In this document: in pieces, positions 34,846 through 46,943 of the stretch | How the letters are laid out: every line of letters begins with the position of its first letter | How positions within the stretch are numbered: position 1 is the stretch's first letter | Origin: an uncultured Planctomycetaceae bacterium | Lineage (GTDB): Bacteria; Planctomycetota; Planctomycetia; Pirellulales; UBA1268 | NCBI GenBank assembly: GCA_903917235.1 | Contig: CAIWZS010000413.1 | Coordinates: 342-64,341 of the forward strand | Length of the DNA: 64,000 bases | Direction of reading: 5' to 3' | The notes under the pieces: generated by a model | Database searches by the model: none | The model's input: the letters and a program-made list of their open reading frames with translations, nothing else | What the model was told of the DNA's origin: nothing | Made by a program: the position numbers and the translations under genes

Positions 34846-36456
34846 TCACTCCGTCCGACCCGTGACGATGTCGTGGGCCGCCTGCTCGATGGACCGCTGC
34901 CGGTCGGCGAGCCGACCGAGCGCCGCGCGCAGTTCCGGTTCTTCCGCCTCCTCGATCCCGTCGCCCAGCAGGCGGGCGAACCGACCGGTGCGAGTGTTCA
35001 CGCGCACCTGGAGCGAACGGAGCATCTTGAGTTCGGCGAGGGCGTCCACGAGCGGCTGATCCCCCGGCTCCGGCGCCCGCCCCCCTGCTCCGCCCTGCTG
35101 CGCGGACTGCGGATCACTGCGAGCCCGCTCGAGGGCGCCCAGCAGTTCCTCGAGTCCGGCGACGATGTCCTCCTGGATGCCGGTCGTGGCGGCACCCGTG
35201 TCGCCACGGGCGAGGCGCGAGGCAGCCTGCTCCGCGTCGTCGCGCACCTGTTCGAGTGCCTGAGGGACGGCGACGGCGGTGCCGTCGTCCCGCACCACGG
35301 CCAGTGCCCGAGTCGCGGCCGTGCCGACCTCGGCCTGCTCCCGGCCGAGACGGCCGGCCTCCAGCTGCCGCGACCGATCGGTCGGTGGCCGCGGGTCCAC
35401 GGCGAGCCTGCGGGTTTCCGTGACCAGGCCCTTCTCGATGCGCAGCATGTCCCGCACCCGCGCCTCGAGCCTGACGAGAAGCCTCTCGACCTCCTGCTCC
35501 CGCAGCTGCCGGAGGATTTCCTGGAGTTCCGCCCGCGCGTTCTCGAGCTCCTCGATCGCCCGCTCCTGCTCCTCACGCGCATCGGCCCGACGGGCGTCGG
35601 CGAGCCGCGCCTGTGCCTGACGCATCCGCTGCTCGGCCGCCGCCAGCCGACGTGCCGTGCGTCGTGCACGAGAGGCCTCGTCATCGCCCTCCGACTCCCC
35701 CTCGCCATCCGAGGGTGCCCCATCCGACTGCTTGCCATCCGACTGCTTGCCATCACTTTCCTCGTTGCCGTCAGGGCGACCTTCATCGGGCTTCCCGGCA
35801 TCGCTCGGACTCGCTGACTGCTCCGCGGGGCCGGCCGATCGCTTGGCAAAATCGCCGATGTCGCCAGCCAGTCTCGCGGTTTCCTCCGCCAGCTGCCGCT
35901 GCCGCGCTGCGAGGTCATCCTCGCCCGCTTTGCCTTCCGTGCCCGCCTCGATGTCGCGCTGGCGGCCGATCGTCTTGGCAAGCCTCGCCAAAAACTGTCT
36001 CACCTCCTGGTTCGACGTGGCGAGCCGCCGGTCGTCGTCACCAGCCGCGAGCATGCCGTGGAGGGAGCGCAGCTGCTCGATGAGCCCCTGCTGGCTCGCC
36101 CCGGCCTGCAGGAACTGCCCCTGCTCGAGCTGGCGGACGACCGCGTCGAGCCGGTCCGACACCTGGCCCTCGCGCGATTCGGCACACACGCGCCGCAGCA
36201 GCGCCGCGCGCCGCGGATCGGTCGCATCCAAGAGATCGGCAAGACGGAGGAACGCGCGCTCCAGTTCGCGGTACTGCGAGACGAGCTCCTCCTCGCGTGT
36301 CGCCAGCGGCTGTGCCGGCGCATCGGCGGCTGGCTGGGCGAGGGCCGCTCCGCAGGCCCATCCCCACGCCACGAAGGCCGCCGCGGCGGGACCGAGGCGG
36401 CCTCGCGAGCCGCAGCGGATCGACGTGCGGTGCATCGACCGATCGACGCGACTCAT
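34846..36456 (-). CDS. secreted coiled-coil protein (DUF4175-C-terminal-like), acidic SDGKQ repeat
   Basis: Track ORF of 536 aa with a signal peptide (AAAFVAWGWACGAALAQP). Long heptad-like stretches, e.g. EEQERAIEELENARAELQEILRQLREQEVERLLVRLE. The ATG overlaps the upstream stop by 4 nt. Confidence 0.6.
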   Translation of the reverse strand: MSRVDRSMHRTSIRCGSRGRLGPAAAAFVAWGWACGAALAQPAADAPAQPLATREEELVSQYRELERAFLRLADLLDATDPRRAALLRRVCAESREGQVSDRLDAVVRQLEQGQFLQAGASQQGLIEQLRSLHGMLAAGDDDRRLATSNQEVRQFLARLAKTIGRQRDIEAGTEGKAGEDDLAARQRQLAEETARLAGDIGDFAKRSAGPAEQSASPSDAGKPDEGRPDGNEESDGKQSDGKQSDGAPSDGEGESEGDDEASRARRTARRLAAAEQRMRQAQARLADARRADAREEQERAIEELENARAELQEILRQLREQEVERLLVRLEARVRDMLRIEKGLVTETRRLAVDPRPPTDRSRQLEAGRLGREQAEVGTAATRALAVVRDDGTAVAVPQALEQVRDDAEQAASRLARGDTGAATTGIQEDIVAGLEELLGALERARSDPQSAQQGGAGGRAPEPGDQPLVDALAELKMLRSLQVRVNTRTGRFARLLGDGIEEAEEPELRAALGRLADRQRSIEQAAHDIVTGRTE

Positions 36457-38765
36457 GGACGCTGCAGAAGCGCGCGGCCGCGACGCTTCTGCTCCTCGAG
36501 GGTTTCCGCCCGAATCTGTTCCTGCAGACGGATCACGTCCCGCAGGCGCTCGACCAGCTGGTTGTACGACTCCAGCTCGATCATCCTAGCCAGGATCGCC
36601 CGCAGCCGCTCGAGCGCCGCGTCGGCCCGTTGCACCACGGCCGACGGCGTCGCGTCACGACACGCCCGCTCGAGATCGGGCAGATCACGGGACGCGACCG
36701 CCGTCAGTGGAGCCGCGATCTGTCGAATGAGACGCTCCTCGACCTCGGGCGTCAGCAGGTCGTTCGTCGCGAGTTCCAGGTGGATCGTGCGAAAGGCCTC
36801 GGCGACGTCGGCGGCCTCGCCGGCGGTGCGGGCTGCCGTCTCGGCACACGCGACCACCGGATCGACGACGAAGGCTTCGTCGTCGGCCGCCGCCGAAGTC
36901 GGGGATGCGAGCCGCTCGCGGGCCTGGGAGAGGTCGTCGATCGCCGACTCGAAGCGCCGTCGCAGGAGGATCTCCCGTGCCTCGAGGAGGGCACGAAGCG
37001 CCTCGGGAGTGACGACCTCGAGCGACCAGGTCTCGCCGCGCCCTTCCTGGGCCGCGCCGTCGAGCGTGCACCGATCCCGTGCGGTGACGGTGCACGCGAG
37101 ACGTTCTCCCGGCGTGAGCGCCAGCGGCGCGAGGACCACCTCGTGAGGCGAGTCCGCCGTGAACTCGGCGACGAGCGCGCCCTCACGAACGCCTGGAATC
37201 GGCAGCCGCACCGTGTCGTCCGCGCTGGCATCACCGTCGCCCGGCGGCCCATCCGACTCGATGCCATCGGTCCCCTTCGCGGCCTCCCGCCGCAGCTGCA
37301 CGGCCGCTTCGGCGAGCGCGTGGTCGTCCCCGATCGTGCCGACCAGGAGCAGCCGACCGGCGCCGGTGATCGCCGCGGGCATGCCGCGTGGCGTCATGGC
37401 GACCTGGGGGGGCTCGTCGAGGACGGGCATGACGAGAAACTGGATCGGCTGCCGATTCGAAAGACCGTCGGTGTCGCGAAGGTCGAGCGACACCGCGACA
37501 TCGCCGTCGAGCACCGGGATCTCGCCCTCGAGCGTCAGACGGTCGCCGTCGCCGCCGTGGGAGGCGGTCTCCGCCGCACCGAGCGATGCGAGCACGCGAG
37601 GCGGGGCGGATGACTCCGGCGCCGCGTCGCCCGCGAGGGCCTCGGGGGCCGCGACCACCGCACCGGCGGTGCCCGCGACCGCGGCGTCGCGCGCCGTCAG
37701 CACGGCCTCGGCGAGCGGCTTGGTCGACGTGCACGTGATCCGCACGCGCGACCCGCGCGGCACGCGCACGACGCGCGAGGCGGCCGTCGGCCGGAAGCCC
37801 GTGCCCAGATAGGCGGGGGGCTCGTACTCGATGGTCAAGCCGGCGAGCGCGGGTGCCTCGGCGACGACCAGCCGCAGGCCCGTCAGCCGCCCGTCGCCTC
37901 CCCGCACCTCGAACTCGAGGTCGCCACCGACTCCCGTGAGGGTGTGCACGAACGTCTGGCCATCCGGCCCGACACCGCCGAGCGTCCCCATCCGACGGGA
38001 CTGCCAGCCATCCGGACCGCGCGTTCGCAGTTCGACGAGATCGGGCAGCGGACCATCCGCCCGGGCCCGCACGACGATCTCCACGTCGCTGCCGCGCGCG
38101 ACGAGGCGGCGGCCGTCCTCGAAGCCCTCGATGGCGAGCCGCACACGACGCGGCCACGGCTCGTCCGAGAGCCGCGTCATCCGCCGGAGCCAGAGCCCGG
38201 CCACGTCACCCCGTGTCGCCGCCAGCGCGCCGATCGTCGCGAGGGAAGCGACCGCGGCGATGGCCAGCGCGGCGAGCCGCCGACCGCGAAACAGCCCCCC
38301 CAGCCGGACGCCGCCGGCGAGCGTGGCGGCGGCCGCCGTCGTGCGGGCGGCGAGATCCGGGTCGCAGGGCGTGCCCGCGTCACCGGCGTCGGGCGGGCGG
38401 TCCGCCAGCGAGATCGCGGTGGAGATGCTGTCGCCGAATCGCGCGTCATGTCGCTCCACGACGAGCGCCAGCGAGGCATCCGAGAGCGGCGCACGCAACC
38501 GCGCGACGAGCTTCGACGCGACGATCCAGGCGATCGCACCGGCCGTCACCGCGAGCGCCGTCAGGCGGACCGCGGCGGGAGGCTCGACCCACCAGTCGAA
38601 GAGCAGCGTGAGCCAGAAGGCGGCGGCGGCGACCAGGGCGAGCCACGCCAGCGACTCCACCCAGATCCAGAGCCGTGCCCGGCGACGCACGGCCGCCAGC
38701 ATCCGGCGCACGGGCTCGATCGAGCCGGCGGTCGGGCGTGACGGTGTGGATGCGAAGACGCTCAT
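36453..38765 (-). CDS. membrane protein (two N-terminal TM helices, DUF4175-N-terminal-like) of the Bat-like cluster
   Basis: Track ORF of 770 aa. N-terminal region reads RRARLWIWVESLAWLALVAAAAFWLTLLFDWW..LTALAVTAGAIAWIVASKLV. Confidence 0.6.
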   Translation of the reverse strand: MSVFASTPSRPTAGSIEPVRRMLAAVRRRARLWIWVESLAWLALVAAAAFWLTLLFDWWVEPPAAVRLTALAVTAGAIAWIVASKLVARLRAPLSDASLALVVERHDARFGDSISTAISLADRPPDAGDAGTPCDPDLAARTTAAAATLAGGVRLGGLFRGRRLAALAIAAVASLATIGALAATRGDVAGLWLRRMTRLSDEPWPRRVRLAIEGFEDGRRLVARGSDVEIVVRARADGPLPDLVELRTRGPDGWQSRRMGTLGGVGPDGQTFVHTLTGVGGDLEFEVRGGDGRLTGLRLVVAEAPALAGLTIEYEPPAYLGTGFRPTAASRVVRVPRGSRVRITCTSTKPLAEAVLTARDAAVAGTAGAVVAAPEALAGDAAPESSAPPRVLASLGAAETASHGGDGDRLTLEGEIPVLDGDVAVSLDLRDTDGLSNRQPIQFLVMPVLDEPPQVAMTPRGMPAAITGAGRLLLVGTIGDDHALAEAAVQLRREAAKGTDGIESDGPPGDGDASADDTVRLPIPGVREGALVAEFTADSPHEVVLAPLALTPGERLACTVTARDRCTLDGAAQEGRGETWSLEVVTPEALRALLEAREILLRRRFESAIDDLSQARERLASPTSAAADDEAFVVDPVVACAETAARTAGEAADVAEAFRTIHLELATNDLLTPEVEERLIRQIAAPLTAVASRDLPDLERACRDATPSAVVQRADAALERLRAILARMIELESYNQLVERLRDVIRLQEQIRAETLEEQKRRGRALLQRP

Positions 38766-38771
38766 GGATCT

Positions 38772-41465
38772 TCAGGCGAGCTTGAGAAACCGACGGGCGA
38801 GCCACTCGGCGCACAGGAGCCCGACGCCGATCGCGAGGAGCGCGGCATTGAGCCTCCGCTTGAACGACGCGTCCGCGCCGCCGGGCTCGAAGACCCGCCG
38901 GGACCTGTCCGGGAGCGTCGCCGCCAGCGCCTCGGCATCATCAGGCGTCCACCGGTCCGCGGCGAGGAAACGCGCCGTGCCGCCGGTCGCCCGCGCGACG
39001 TCCTCGAGGAGGGCGCGATCGAGTCGCGGGCGCGTCAGCTCGCGATCGGGCAGATGGGCCTGGATGCGCCGGGACAGCCGCTCGGGAACCGGCGCCGCGA
39101 GGTCGACATCGACCTGCCAGGTCCCCTCGCGCGCGACGATGAAGCCGCCGCGCAGGACGTCCGCGCGGCCCGGCTCCGGCTCGAGCGTCAGCGTCGTCGT
39201 GCCCCCGTCCGGCCGCCGCACCCGGCAGACGACGGCACCGGCCCTGCCCGCCGTGCCCTCGGAGAGCACGAGCCGCACCTGCGCCGTCGACCCGACCGGC
39301 ACGCGGTCCCGGTCCACGAGCAGGCGGCTCGTGCGTGAACCGCGCAGCAGGCGGCCCTGTGCGACATGCCGCACGACCTGCGTGGTGAGCCGCTCGTGCA
39401 GGCGGGGGTCGACCGCGCGCAGCCGCCACAACTCGCCGCTGCCGACCGAGACCACCGTGCCCGATCCGTAGTAATGGCCCGCGATGTAGATCGGCTGGAG
39501 GTCGCCCACGGGCCCCTCATCCTGCGCGAGCCGGGCGTAGACCGTCGCACCCGGCTTGGCGGGTCCCGATTCGAAGCACGAATAGACCCCGGGGAACGCC
39601 CCCCACAAGGTGTCGCTCGTCGTCGCGTCACCGGCCAATCGCAGGAACTCGGCCCCCTCCCCGTCCCGGGTCAGCCGCACCGCGCGGGCCACCTCGGCGG
39701 ACGGCGCGACCCCGCCGAGCGTCGGCATCAACCCCCGCACCTCGACCGGATAGAGGCTGCGGATGACGCGCATCCCGGGATCGGCGAGCCACCGCTCCAT
39801 CGACACGCTGCCAGCGACGAGCACCATGCCGCCGGACTCGCGGCCGACCCACCGCTCGAGACGCTCGCGGGCGGGGCCGTCGAGCCTCCGCCAATCGACG
39901 TCGAAGGCGACGATGGCGTCGTACTCGGCGAGGGCGGCGTCTGATTCGGGAAAGCCGGTGAGCATTCCTTCGACGTCGCGCGGTGCCGTGTCGAGCGCGA
40001 CGTCGACGGCGAAGCTCCGGTCGCGATCGAGCACGTTGCGCATGAACTGAAACTCGCGACCCGGCCCGGACGCCATGAGCAGGACGCGGGTCACGCGATC
40101 CACCACCTCCACCTCGGTGTCCTGCACGTCGTCACGGGGCGTCCGATCCGCGGCCGGCGGGATCACCCGCACCACCAGCGTGCGCCTGCCCGGAGTCGGC
40201 AGTCCGGCGACGTCGAACCGTGCCGGCACGAGATCCCCGTCGGGCCCCAGGACGGCATCGCGGGCGTCGAGCACCACGGACCCGGCCATGGAGTCGTCGG
40301 TCGCGCCTCCCTCGCGCAGTTCCACGCGCACGCGCTGCCCCTCGAGGCCCTGCGACTGGAGGAATGCGGTGACCGGAAACCGATCCTCCGGAAAGACGCG
40401 GGCCGGCGCCGAGACGTCGGCGATCCGCACGTTCGCCGGCAGCGTCTCGGCACCGATGCCCAGCGGGTGCACCATCACGTCGGCGGCTCCGAGCCGTCCG
40501 GCCGCCGCCCGTCCGTCGAGCCCGGCGTTGCTCGCGCCGTCGGTGAGCACGACGATCCCCGCGAGCAGGCCGGCGGGCTCCTCGTCGAGCACGCGGGCCA
40601 GCGCCGTGCCGAGGCGCGTCTCGTTTCCCTGCGGCACGAGGCGTGCCTGCCACGCGTCGCTCGCCGCAGCGTCGTCCCCATCGACGCCGCCACCGTCCAC
40701 CGACGTCGCCCGGCCGGCGGCCGGCACGGTCCGGTCACGCGGCACCGTTCCGTCACCCGCGGCCGAGTCCTCCTCGACAGCCGGGCGATCGGGCTCGGCC
40801 GGGTCGTCGTCGCGACCCGCGCGCTCGAGCGTGACGATCCTTTCGGCACCGACATCGAACGTCCAGAGCGACACGTCATGCACGCGACGAACGGCGGCCA
40901 GGAGGCCACCCGCCTCCAGCACGTCGCGGGCGACGTCCGCGCGGGCGGTTTCGTCCGCCCCCTCGGCGGGGATCGCGGGCTCCGTCGCCGCCATCGCCGG
41001 CAGCGTCATGCTGGCACTCGTGTCGACGAGCACGGCCACGCGGGATGGAGAGACGAACTCGTACTCGGTGGTGCGCTCGAGATCGAGCCACGCGGCGGCG
41101 AGGCAGCCGAACGCGCCGAGCCGCAGCATGGCGAGGAGGATTCGCCTCGACGGAGGCAGCTCGATCGCATCGCGGCGATAGGTCCACAGCACGAACGCGG
41201 CCACGGCCGCGCACAGGAGCAGCGCTCCCGGAGCCTGCCACCACTCCGAGAACCCCTCGAGCAGCCGGCTCGAAATCCGTTCGCGCACCGCCGGGCTCGC
41301 TGCCACCAGCCAGGATGCGGCGAGACTCGACGGCATCGGTGGTCCCGCGTGCATCATGGCTGGGAAAAGGAGGGGCCGGCGTCGCGGCGCCCCACGTCGG
41401 TTGTATCGCGCGGCGCCGCGGCGGGCGCGGGGTTTTGAGCGTTTCGCAGGACGTCCCGGGATCAC
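38772..41465 (-). CDS. VWA-domain membrane protein (BatB-like) with a GATase1-like C-terminal half and a C-terminal TM anchor
   Basis: Track ORF of 897 aa. GTG 41465 overlaps the upstream TGA. MIDAS motif VAVLVDTSASM, also IVVLTDGASNAG. The C-terminus reads LLAIGVGLLCAEWLARRF. An alternative internal ATG start is possible. Confidence 0.68.
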   Translation of the reverse strand: MIPGRPAKRSKPRARRGAARYNRRGAPRRRPLLFPAMMHAGPPMPSSLAASWLVAASPAVRERISSRLLEGFSEWWQAPGALLLCAAVAAFVLWTYRRDAIELPPSRRILLAMLRLGAFGCLAAAWLDLERTTEYEFVSPSRVAVLVDTSASMTLPAMAATEPAIPAEGADETARADVARDVLEAGGLLAAVRRVHDVSLWTFDVGAERIVTLERAGRDDDPAEPDRPAVEEDSAAGDGTVPRDRTVPAAGRATSVDGGGVDGDDAAASDAWQARLVPQGNETRLGTALARVLDEEPAGLLAGIVVLTDGASNAGLDGRAAAGRLGAADVMVHPLGIGAETLPANVRIADVSAPARVFPEDRFPVTAFLQSQGLEGQRVRVELREGGATDDSMAGSVVLDARDAVLGPDGDLVPARFDVAGLPTPGRRTLVVRVIPPAADRTPRDDVQDTEVEVVDRVTRVLLMASGPGREFQFMRNVLDRDRSFAVDVALDTAPRDVEGMLTGFPESDAALAEYDAIVAFDVDWRRLDGPARERLERWVGRESGGMVLVAGSVSMERWLADPGMRVIRSLYPVEVRGLMPTLGGVAPSAEVARAVRLTRDGEGAEFLRLAGDATTSDTLWGAFPGVYSCFESGPAKPGATVYARLAQDEGPVGDLQPIYIAGHYYGSGTVVSVGSGELWRLRAVDPRLHERLTTQVVRHVAQGRLLRGSRTSRLLVDRDRVPVGSTAQVRLVLSEGTAGRAGAVVCRVRRPDGGTTTLTLEPEPGRADVLRGGFIVAREGTWQVDVDLAAPVPERLSRRIQAHLPDRELTRPRLDRALLEDVARATGGTARFLAADRWTPDDAEALAATLPDRSRRVFEPGGADASFKRRLNAALLAIGVGLLCAEWLARRFLKLA

Positions 41466-43885
41466 GCGGGCCGGGCTGCCCGCCGTGCCGATCGGGGCGC
41501 GACGGGGTGGTAGCCGGCGACGAGCGCGAGCAGCTGCTCGGCCACGAGCACCGCGGCCAGCAGGGCCAGCAGCGGTCGCATCAGCGGCAGGCCGCCGGCA
41601 CGGTCCGATTCACCCCCGAGCGCCGCCGCCGATTCGAGCGTGAAGGCGACCCCCGGCAGTGCCGCCGCGAGCCCCTCTCGACCGACGCGTTCCAGCCGCC
41701 CTTCCCGCGGGTCCACGTTGACGGCGATCGTGCGCTCGTGGTCGTCGCCGTCGAGCCCGATCCAGCGGGCCGCGTAGGCGCCGGGCGATTCGGTCGGCGG
41801 CAGGAGGATCTCGGTGCGGCCCGCCGCCGCAGCGATCGCCGTCAGGCGGATGACCTGTCCGTCCGGAGGCGTCGTCACGTCCACCTCCGTGCCGTCGGTC
41901 GCATCGTCGATCCGGATGGCCGCCGGTTCGCCGACGATCCACTCCGCCCCGCGGCGTCGGCCACGCGCGAGGTGGCCCTCCAGTTCCAGGAGGACCACGA
42001 CCCAGCTGGGATTCCCGCGCGACCAGTTGTTCCAGGTGGGTGCCGCCGTGCTGAGCACCGCCACGACCGTGCCGCGCCCGTACTCCCGCTCGACGACGAG
42101 GGGCGCGCCGGTGCGCAGCGACAGGAGACGCCGGATGCCTCCGTCGGCCTCCGCCTTCGCGGCCAGCGGGGCGGCCGCCATCACGCGGTCCACCCGCACG
42201 GCATCGAGCAGCGGATTGCGTCGCCCGGCGAGCACCGCGACGACCGGATGGTCCTCGACCACGATGTCGGGCACGGGATCGCTCGCCGCCTTGCCCGGGA
42301 GATCCACCGGACCGGCGAGGGCGAGCGGAAAGACGCCCTCGCCGCCGCGATGGAGAAGGCGGTTCACCGCGTCGGCCTGCGTGCGCGGCCCCGTGAAGAA
42401 GACCACACCGCCCCCGTCGCGGGCGTAGGCCTCGAGTGCGGCGATCTCCGGCGGGTCGAGCCGCGGCACGTCGAGCAGCCAGATGCTGTCGAAGCCGTCG
42501 AGGTCGAGGGTCGCGAGCGCACGCGGCGACTCCACGCGCGGCAGCACGCCGGTCGCCGCCCCGGCGCCCGGCGCGAGCGCCGTGGCCACGTGGAAGGCGT
42601 CGCCCGTGCGGCCGTCCCCGCGCGGATCGCCATCGATCACGAGCACGGCCGCGCGCTCCGCGACATCGACGACGGCGACGCGCGCGTTGTCGGCATCGAG
42701 GACATCGGAAGGGAGTTCCGCCTCGACGAGATGACTGCCGGCTGCGGCGAACCGGACATCGAACCGCGCGCTGGCCGCCCCACCCGGCGGGATCGCGGCG
42801 AGACGGGCGCCGGGACGGCTGCTGCCGTCCTCCCGCAGCACGATCGTGACGTCCTGCACCTCGCGAACGCCGTCGTTCCGGACGCTGACCTCGAGGGGCA
42901 CGAGCACCCCGGCGGCCGGAACGCCCCCCACCACCTCGAGTCGTTCGACGGTGAGGTTGCCGGCGACCGCCTCGGTGGTGGCACCACAGTCGATGAAGCG
43001 CACCGTCACACCGGCCTCCGCGAGCCGGCGGGTCGCCGCGGCCACGTCGCTCGCGACACCCCAGTCGCGCGTGCGGAAGTCGCTCACCAGCCAGAGGACC
43101 CGCTCGGTGCCGCTCCCGGCCGTGAGGATCGGCAGGGCCGCGTCGATCGCGACGGCGGGGTTCGTGGCGCGGAACGACGCAGGGCGACGGTCGAGCTCGT
43201 CCGCCACGCGCCCCGCCGTGGCGGGCGTCGCGGCCTGGAGGGGGAGGTCGAACGAACCTCCCGGATCGTCCGCACCGCGGCGGTCACGCTCGGGGGGAAC
43301 GGCTGCATCGGAGCCGGCTCCCGCGGGCGCGGTCTCCTCGGGCACGCGGGTCGCGGCGGGCAGCACGTCACGCCCCCCGTCGTCGCGCCCCGCGGACTGC
43401 GGATCCTGGGACGGGGCGGGGGTGCGTGCCGCGAGCGCCGACGAGCGCGCGACCGCCACCTGCGCGGGCCGCGCCGCTGCCGCCAGATCGGCGACGATGC
43501 GGGCCGCCGCCGCGCGACCGCGGTCGTACGCGGTCGTGTCCCCCAGCCCGCCTCCCGAGGAGCGGTCCCGCATCGACGCGCTGTCGTCCAGCACGACGAC
43601 GTGCACCGCCCGACCGCCTCCGAAGAACGAGCCGAGGGCCGTGCGCCACCGAGGCTGGGCGAGCATGAGCACGAGGCCCACCACCGCCGCCGTCCTCAGG
43701 GCGAGCAGGATGAGCTGCCGCAGCAGCACGCGGGTGCGGTATTTCCGCTGGCTCGCGAGCAGGAACTCGATCGCGGCGAACGGCACCCGCCGGTGCCTGA
43801 GGAGATTGATCAGGTGGATGAAAAGCGGCACGGCCGCCAGCGGCAGCCCCCACCACACGAGGCTCGGAAAGTCGAAGGCCGTCAT
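41462..43885 (-). CDS. BatA-type protein: N-terminal double-TM domain (TIGR02226-like), VWA-like and GATase1-like regions
   Basis: ATG 43885 (MTAFDFPSLVWWGLPLAAVPLFIHLINLLRHRRVPFAAIEFL) within track ORF 41462-43969. Motifs: VVVLDDSASM and DSIWLLDVPRLDPPEIAALEAYARDGGGVVFF. There are 4-nt overlaps at both ends. Confidence 0.75.
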   Translation of the reverse strand: MTAFDFPSLVWWGLPLAAVPLFIHLINLLRHRRVPFAAIEFLLASQRKYRTRVLLRQLILLALRTAAVVGLVLMLAQPRWRTALGSFFGGGRAVHVVVLDDSASMRDRSSGGGLGDTTAYDRGRAAAARIVADLAAAARPAQVAVARSSALAARTPAPSQDPQSAGRDDGGRDVLPAATRVPEETAPAGAGSDAAVPPERDRRGADDPGGSFDLPLQAATPATAGRVADELDRRPASFRATNPAVAIDAALPILTAGSGTERVLWLVSDFRTRDWGVASDVAAATRRLAEAGVTVRFIDCGATTEAVAGNLTVERLEVVGGVPAAGVLVPLEVSVRNDGVREVQDVTIVLREDGSSRPGARLAAIPPGGAASARFDVRFAAAGSHLVEAELPSDVLDADNARVAVVDVAERAAVLVIDGDPRGDGRTGDAFHVATALAPGAGAATGVLPRVESPRALATLDLDGFDSIWLLDVPRLDPPEIAALEAYARDGGGVVFFTGPRTQADAVNRLLHRGGEGVFPLALAGPVDLPGKAASDPVPDIVVEDHPVVAVLAGRRNPLLDAVRVDRVMAAAPLAAKAEADGGIRRLLSLRTGAPLVVEREYGRGTVVAVLSTAAPTWNNWSRGNPSWVVVLLELEGHLARGRRRGAEWIVGEPAAIRIDDATDGTEVDVTTPPDGQVIRLTAIAAAAGRTEILLPPTESPGAYAARWIGLDGDDHERTIAVNVDPREGRLERVGREGLAAALPGVAFTLESAAALGGESDRAGGLPLMRPLLALLAAVLVAEQLLALVAGYHPVAPRSARRAARPA

Positions 43886-44767
43886 GCCACGAGGCTCGCA
43901 CGGCGTGCGAGAAACCGCACGAGCGCGGCCCCGACGGGCTCGCGCGTCCGGATCAGCTCGTAGTCGCAATCGAGCGCGGCCGCCTGCTGCCTCGTGCGCG
44001 ACAGGTACTCGCCCAGCGCCTCGAGGTACCCGTCGCGGAATGCCCGGGGGTTGCAGGCGATCTCGTCGAGGCCCTCGAGGCCCTCGAACCGGGTCGGGCC
44101 GTCGAACGGGAAATCGAGCTCGTCGTCGTCGAGCACGTGCAGGATTGCGACATCGTGATCGCGCGCACGCAGCCGCCGCAGACCAGGCACGAGCCCGTCG
44201 CGATCACCGAGCAGGTCCGAGACGATGATCACGAGGCCGCGTCGGGGGAGCGACTCCGCGAGCGACCGGAGCACCGGCAGGAGCGAGGTGGCCTCGGCCG
44301 GATGGTCCCCGCGCCCGCGCGGAGCGGCGAGCACGCCGACGACGCTCGCGAGGTGCGACCGGCTGGTCCGCGCCGGGACCGCCGCCCGCACCCGGTCGTC
44401 GAACGCGGCGCATCCGACGGCGTCGCCGTGCGACAGCGCCAGCCACGCGAGGCTGGCCGCCACGGTCGACGCACACTCGTATTTGCTCAGCGCCGCACCG
44501 AGACCCCGGTAGTCCATGCTGGCGGAGCAATCGACGACGAGCGTGAGGCGGAGATTGGTCTCCTCCTCGAACTCCTTCACATAGAGGCGGTCCTGCCGCG
44601 CCCAGACCTTCCAGTCGACCCGGCGGAGGTCGTCTCCGCGCACGTACTCCCGGTGCTGGAGGAACTCCACCGACTGGCCGCGGTACGGGCTCTTGTGCAG
44701 GCCCGCGAGCACGCCCTCGACGACCGCCCGCGCACGCAGCTCGAGATGGCCGATGCGGGCGAGCGCC

Positions 44768-45811
<1,044 letters not shown>

Positions 45812-45879
45812 GGAACTCTCCGGTGGTCGGTGCGACGCGGTCGGCGCTCCGGCGCCGTCCGCGACCCCACAGTGTCGCC

Positions 45880-46908
45880 TCAACGCTGGTAGATCGGAAG
45901 CGCGGCCCGGTCCAGCTGCAGGATCGTGAGGTTGGTGGCCGTCGTGTAGACGGGGCCGATGTATCCCTGCGGCCAGAACGCGCCGCCGCGGTCTTCCTGC
46001 ACTTCGGCCAGCAGCCGTTTCTCCACCTGCCCACGGTACTGCTCCCAGCGCTCGCCCCCCTCGCGATACATCACCTGCGCGTAATAGAAGTGGGCGTAGT
46101 GCCAGTGGCCGAAGCTGTTGTTGGAGATGTTGCCGAGGTGCTTTTCCGCGTAGGCGAGCATCCGCGGGACGTGCGTGTCGTCCTCCTCGCCCGCATTGAA
46201 GAGGCAGGCGATGGCGGCGGCGGATATGGCCGGTCGCCCCCCTCCCCCCTTCGAGCTGTACTGCACGCCACCGTCCGGCAGCGTGCACCGATGGATGTAG
46301 GCGATCGCCCGATCGATGATCTCACGAGGCACCGGGATCCCCGCATTGCGGCAGCCGCGCAGGCCCTGCACCTGCGTGATCGTGGTCGATCCCTCGTCGA
46401 AGTCGTTGCCGTCCTTCGCACTGACGTAGCCCCAGCCGCCGTCCTTGGTCTGGGCCCGGCCGGAAAACTCCACCGCCCGCGTCAGCACCTCCACGAGCTC
46501 CTCGCGGCGGCGCTCGTCCTCCTCCTCGCCGAGCAGTTGCGAGAGGAAGAGCATCGCGAAGCCGTGGCCGTAGGTGTAGCGGTCATCGTTCTTGGGATCA
46601 CCGATGAGGCCGTTGGGGCGCGACCGACCCACCAGGTAATCGACGGCGCGGCGGATCGGCTCGGCATACCGGCCCTGCGTGGGCGTCGAGCCCTCCATGA
46701 GCATCGCGGTGCCCGCCAGGGCCGTCATGGCCGTCGGATAGCGGCTCTCGTTGGCCGTCCAGCTTCCGCGGCGGGACTGCTTCGCCACCAGCCAGTCGAG
46801 ACCACGCACCACGGCCGAATCGACGCGTGGGTCGCCGGCACGAGCCGTCCCCACCGCGAAAAGGAGAGGCAGCAGGACGACGACGGTGGAGAAGCGCTCT
46901 CTCGGCAT
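45880..46908 (-). CDS. secreted prenyltransferase/squalene-oxidase-repeat (alpha/alpha toroid) protein
   Basis: Track ORF of 342 aa with a signal peptide. Motifs: [47 protein letters not shown]. Confidence 0.8.
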   Translation of the reverse strand: MPRERFSTVVVLLPLLFAVGTARAGDPRVDSAVVRGLDWLVAKQSRRGSWTANESRYPTAMTALAGTAMLMEGSTPTQGRYAEPIRRAVDYLVGRSRPNGLIGDPKNDDRYTYGHGFAMLFLSQLLGEEEDERRREELVEVLTRAVEFSGRAQTKDGGWGYVSAKDGNDFDEGSTTITQVQGLRGCRNAGIPVPREIIDRAIAYIHRCTLPDGGVQYSSKGGGGRPAISAAAIACLFNAGEEDDTHVPRMLAYAEKHLGNISNNSFGHWHYAHFYYAQVMYREGGERWEQYRGQVEKRLLAEVQEDRGGAFWPQGYIGPVYTTATNLTILQLDRAALPIYQR

Positions 46909-46943
46909 GACACGACGCGGCGAGGCGTTTCCGGGATGGTGGG